A stretch of DNA of 64,000 bases from Antedon mediterranea (lineage: Eukaryota > Animalia > Echinodermata), in contig NC_092670.1 of assembly GCF_964355755.1 (NCBI RefSeq), forward strand, positions 9,910,201 to 9,974,200. The letters are read 5' to 3'. The position numbers and the translations under genes are program-made. This document shows positions 63,401 to 64,000 of the stretch, one piece after another. Each line of letters opens with the position of its first letter. The stretch's first letter is position 1. The notes beneath the pieces are model-generated. The model saw only the letters and a program-made list of their open reading frames with translations, was not told where the DNA came from and did no database searches.

Positions 63401-64000
63401 TAGCTGCACTTGTAATCTGGCCTCATTTCACAGCCTTCGTTCTGCTTCACTGGGCGCTTATATAAATTGAAACTTTTACTGTTCAAGAGACAAACAAATA
63501 TATTTTACATTTTTTACTATTCATTTTAAACCCGGAACCCCCCTTTAAAAACATTAAATATCATTTATTTGTACTGCCACTGTTTAACATTCCTAAAGAA
63601 GCTAGAATAAATTATTGTATTCTTCAAATTCGATAAAATCAGTAGAGGGCAGTGTTAAAAAATATTGTCTGCGATTTAAAAATATTATAAAATATATCAT
63701 TTATTTGTACTGCCACTGTTTAAGCTAGAATAAATCATAGTATTGTTCAAATTTGATTGAATAGCGACTCTGTGTAGTACGGCGGAACAGCACTAGTCCC
63801 TGAATTACACATGTGCACTAGAGATCAGATTGATACGCCCTCATCTTTCAGTATTTTAATTCACAAAGTGGGATCTACCTGTTTTTATATAGATATTTTC
63901 ACTGAGGCTTATGAGAGTCTGAAAGATAATATAGTTCATTGGGGTTATCAGCAGTCAAAAGAGGACTACTATCAAGTATTGATAGAGGGCGATGTTGCTG
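57413..64000 (+). CDS. GTDC1: Glycosyltransferase-like domain-containing protein 1 (tRNA-queuosine mannosyltransferase), partial, continues past the window end
   Basis: Exons 57413-57597, 59725-59892, 60613-60978, 61620-61729 and 63893->64000. Motifs [83 protein letters not shown] and HWGY match GTDC1/QTMAN. Confidence 0.93.
58395..59700 (+). mobile_element. 5'-truncated CR1/L2-clade non-LTR retrotransposon (RT and C-terminus) in GTDC1 intron 1
   Basis: Motifs [49 protein letters not shown] and IEKIQRRA. A frameshift precedes RLWNSLP. The 3' UTR has a stem-loop (about 59579-59648) and an AATAAA tail. No endonuclease domain is present. Confidence 0.92.
60117..60182. repeat. 66-bp near-perfect palindrome
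   Basis: 29-bp perfect arms ttttttttccaggacgaacgtgggcagaa / ttctgcccacgttcgtcctggaaaaaaaa around the centre gtcatgat. Confidence 0.9.
61000..61540. repeat. 17-18-bp minisatellite in GTDC1 intron 3
   Basis: Unit acactgct(a/g)tacttattt with a gactgctatacttattt variant, about 30 copies. Confidence 0.95.
61783..63544. mobile_element. Kolobok-like (TTAA) non-autonomous DNA transposon, about 1.76 kb
   Basis: TTAA|agggggattctgggtttaaaat...attttaaacccggaacccccct|TTAA. No transposase ORF seen. Confidence 0.8.
62266..62415 (+). mobile_element. About 150-bp retroposon 3' end with (TGAA)n tail; inverted copy at about 56428-56574
   Basis: tggataagcaagcctgcgagctacagcg...ggctaaataaagaatgaatgattgaatgaa. 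Two highly similar copies. Confidence 0.7.

Overview
AT-rich, intron-rich animal genomic DNA. It is most likely a marine invertebrate deuterostome such as an echinoderm, inferred from gene content and repeat landscape and not proven. I traced the spliced genes by hand through GT(GC)-AG junctions. They are: the 5' end of an unidentified minus-strand gene at the left edge, two tandem DUF1295 (steroid 5-alpha-reductase-like) membrane protein paralogues (+), MINDY4/FAM188B deubiquitinase (-, 14 exons), a RING-Bbox-coiled coil-filamin-NHL TRIM2/3-like gene (-), gamma-tubulin (+, 12 exons, one GC-AG intron), a kisspeptin-type GPCR (+) and GTDC1/QTMAN (+, running off the right end). Introns and spacers are packed with non-autonomous DNA transposons (Harbinger-, Tc1/pogo-, hAT-, Kolobok-, P- and Helentron-like), CR1/L2 remnants, tRNA-derived SINEs and minisatellites. 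The most unusual signals are: (1) tiny CA...TG palindromes of 17-36 bp flanked by 7-bp direct repeats, resembling P-element excision footprints or micro-transposons; (2) sense-oriented LINE tails ending right at 3' splice sites in three different genes; (3) TAGGCCTA/CTAG tracts and CTCF-like motifs marking gene 5' ends; (4) a Kolobok-like insertion whose empty site survives in an adjacent tandem duplicate. There is no CRISPR array, rRNA, bona fide tRNA or prokaryotic system. All coordinates were read by eye and no database searches were run.
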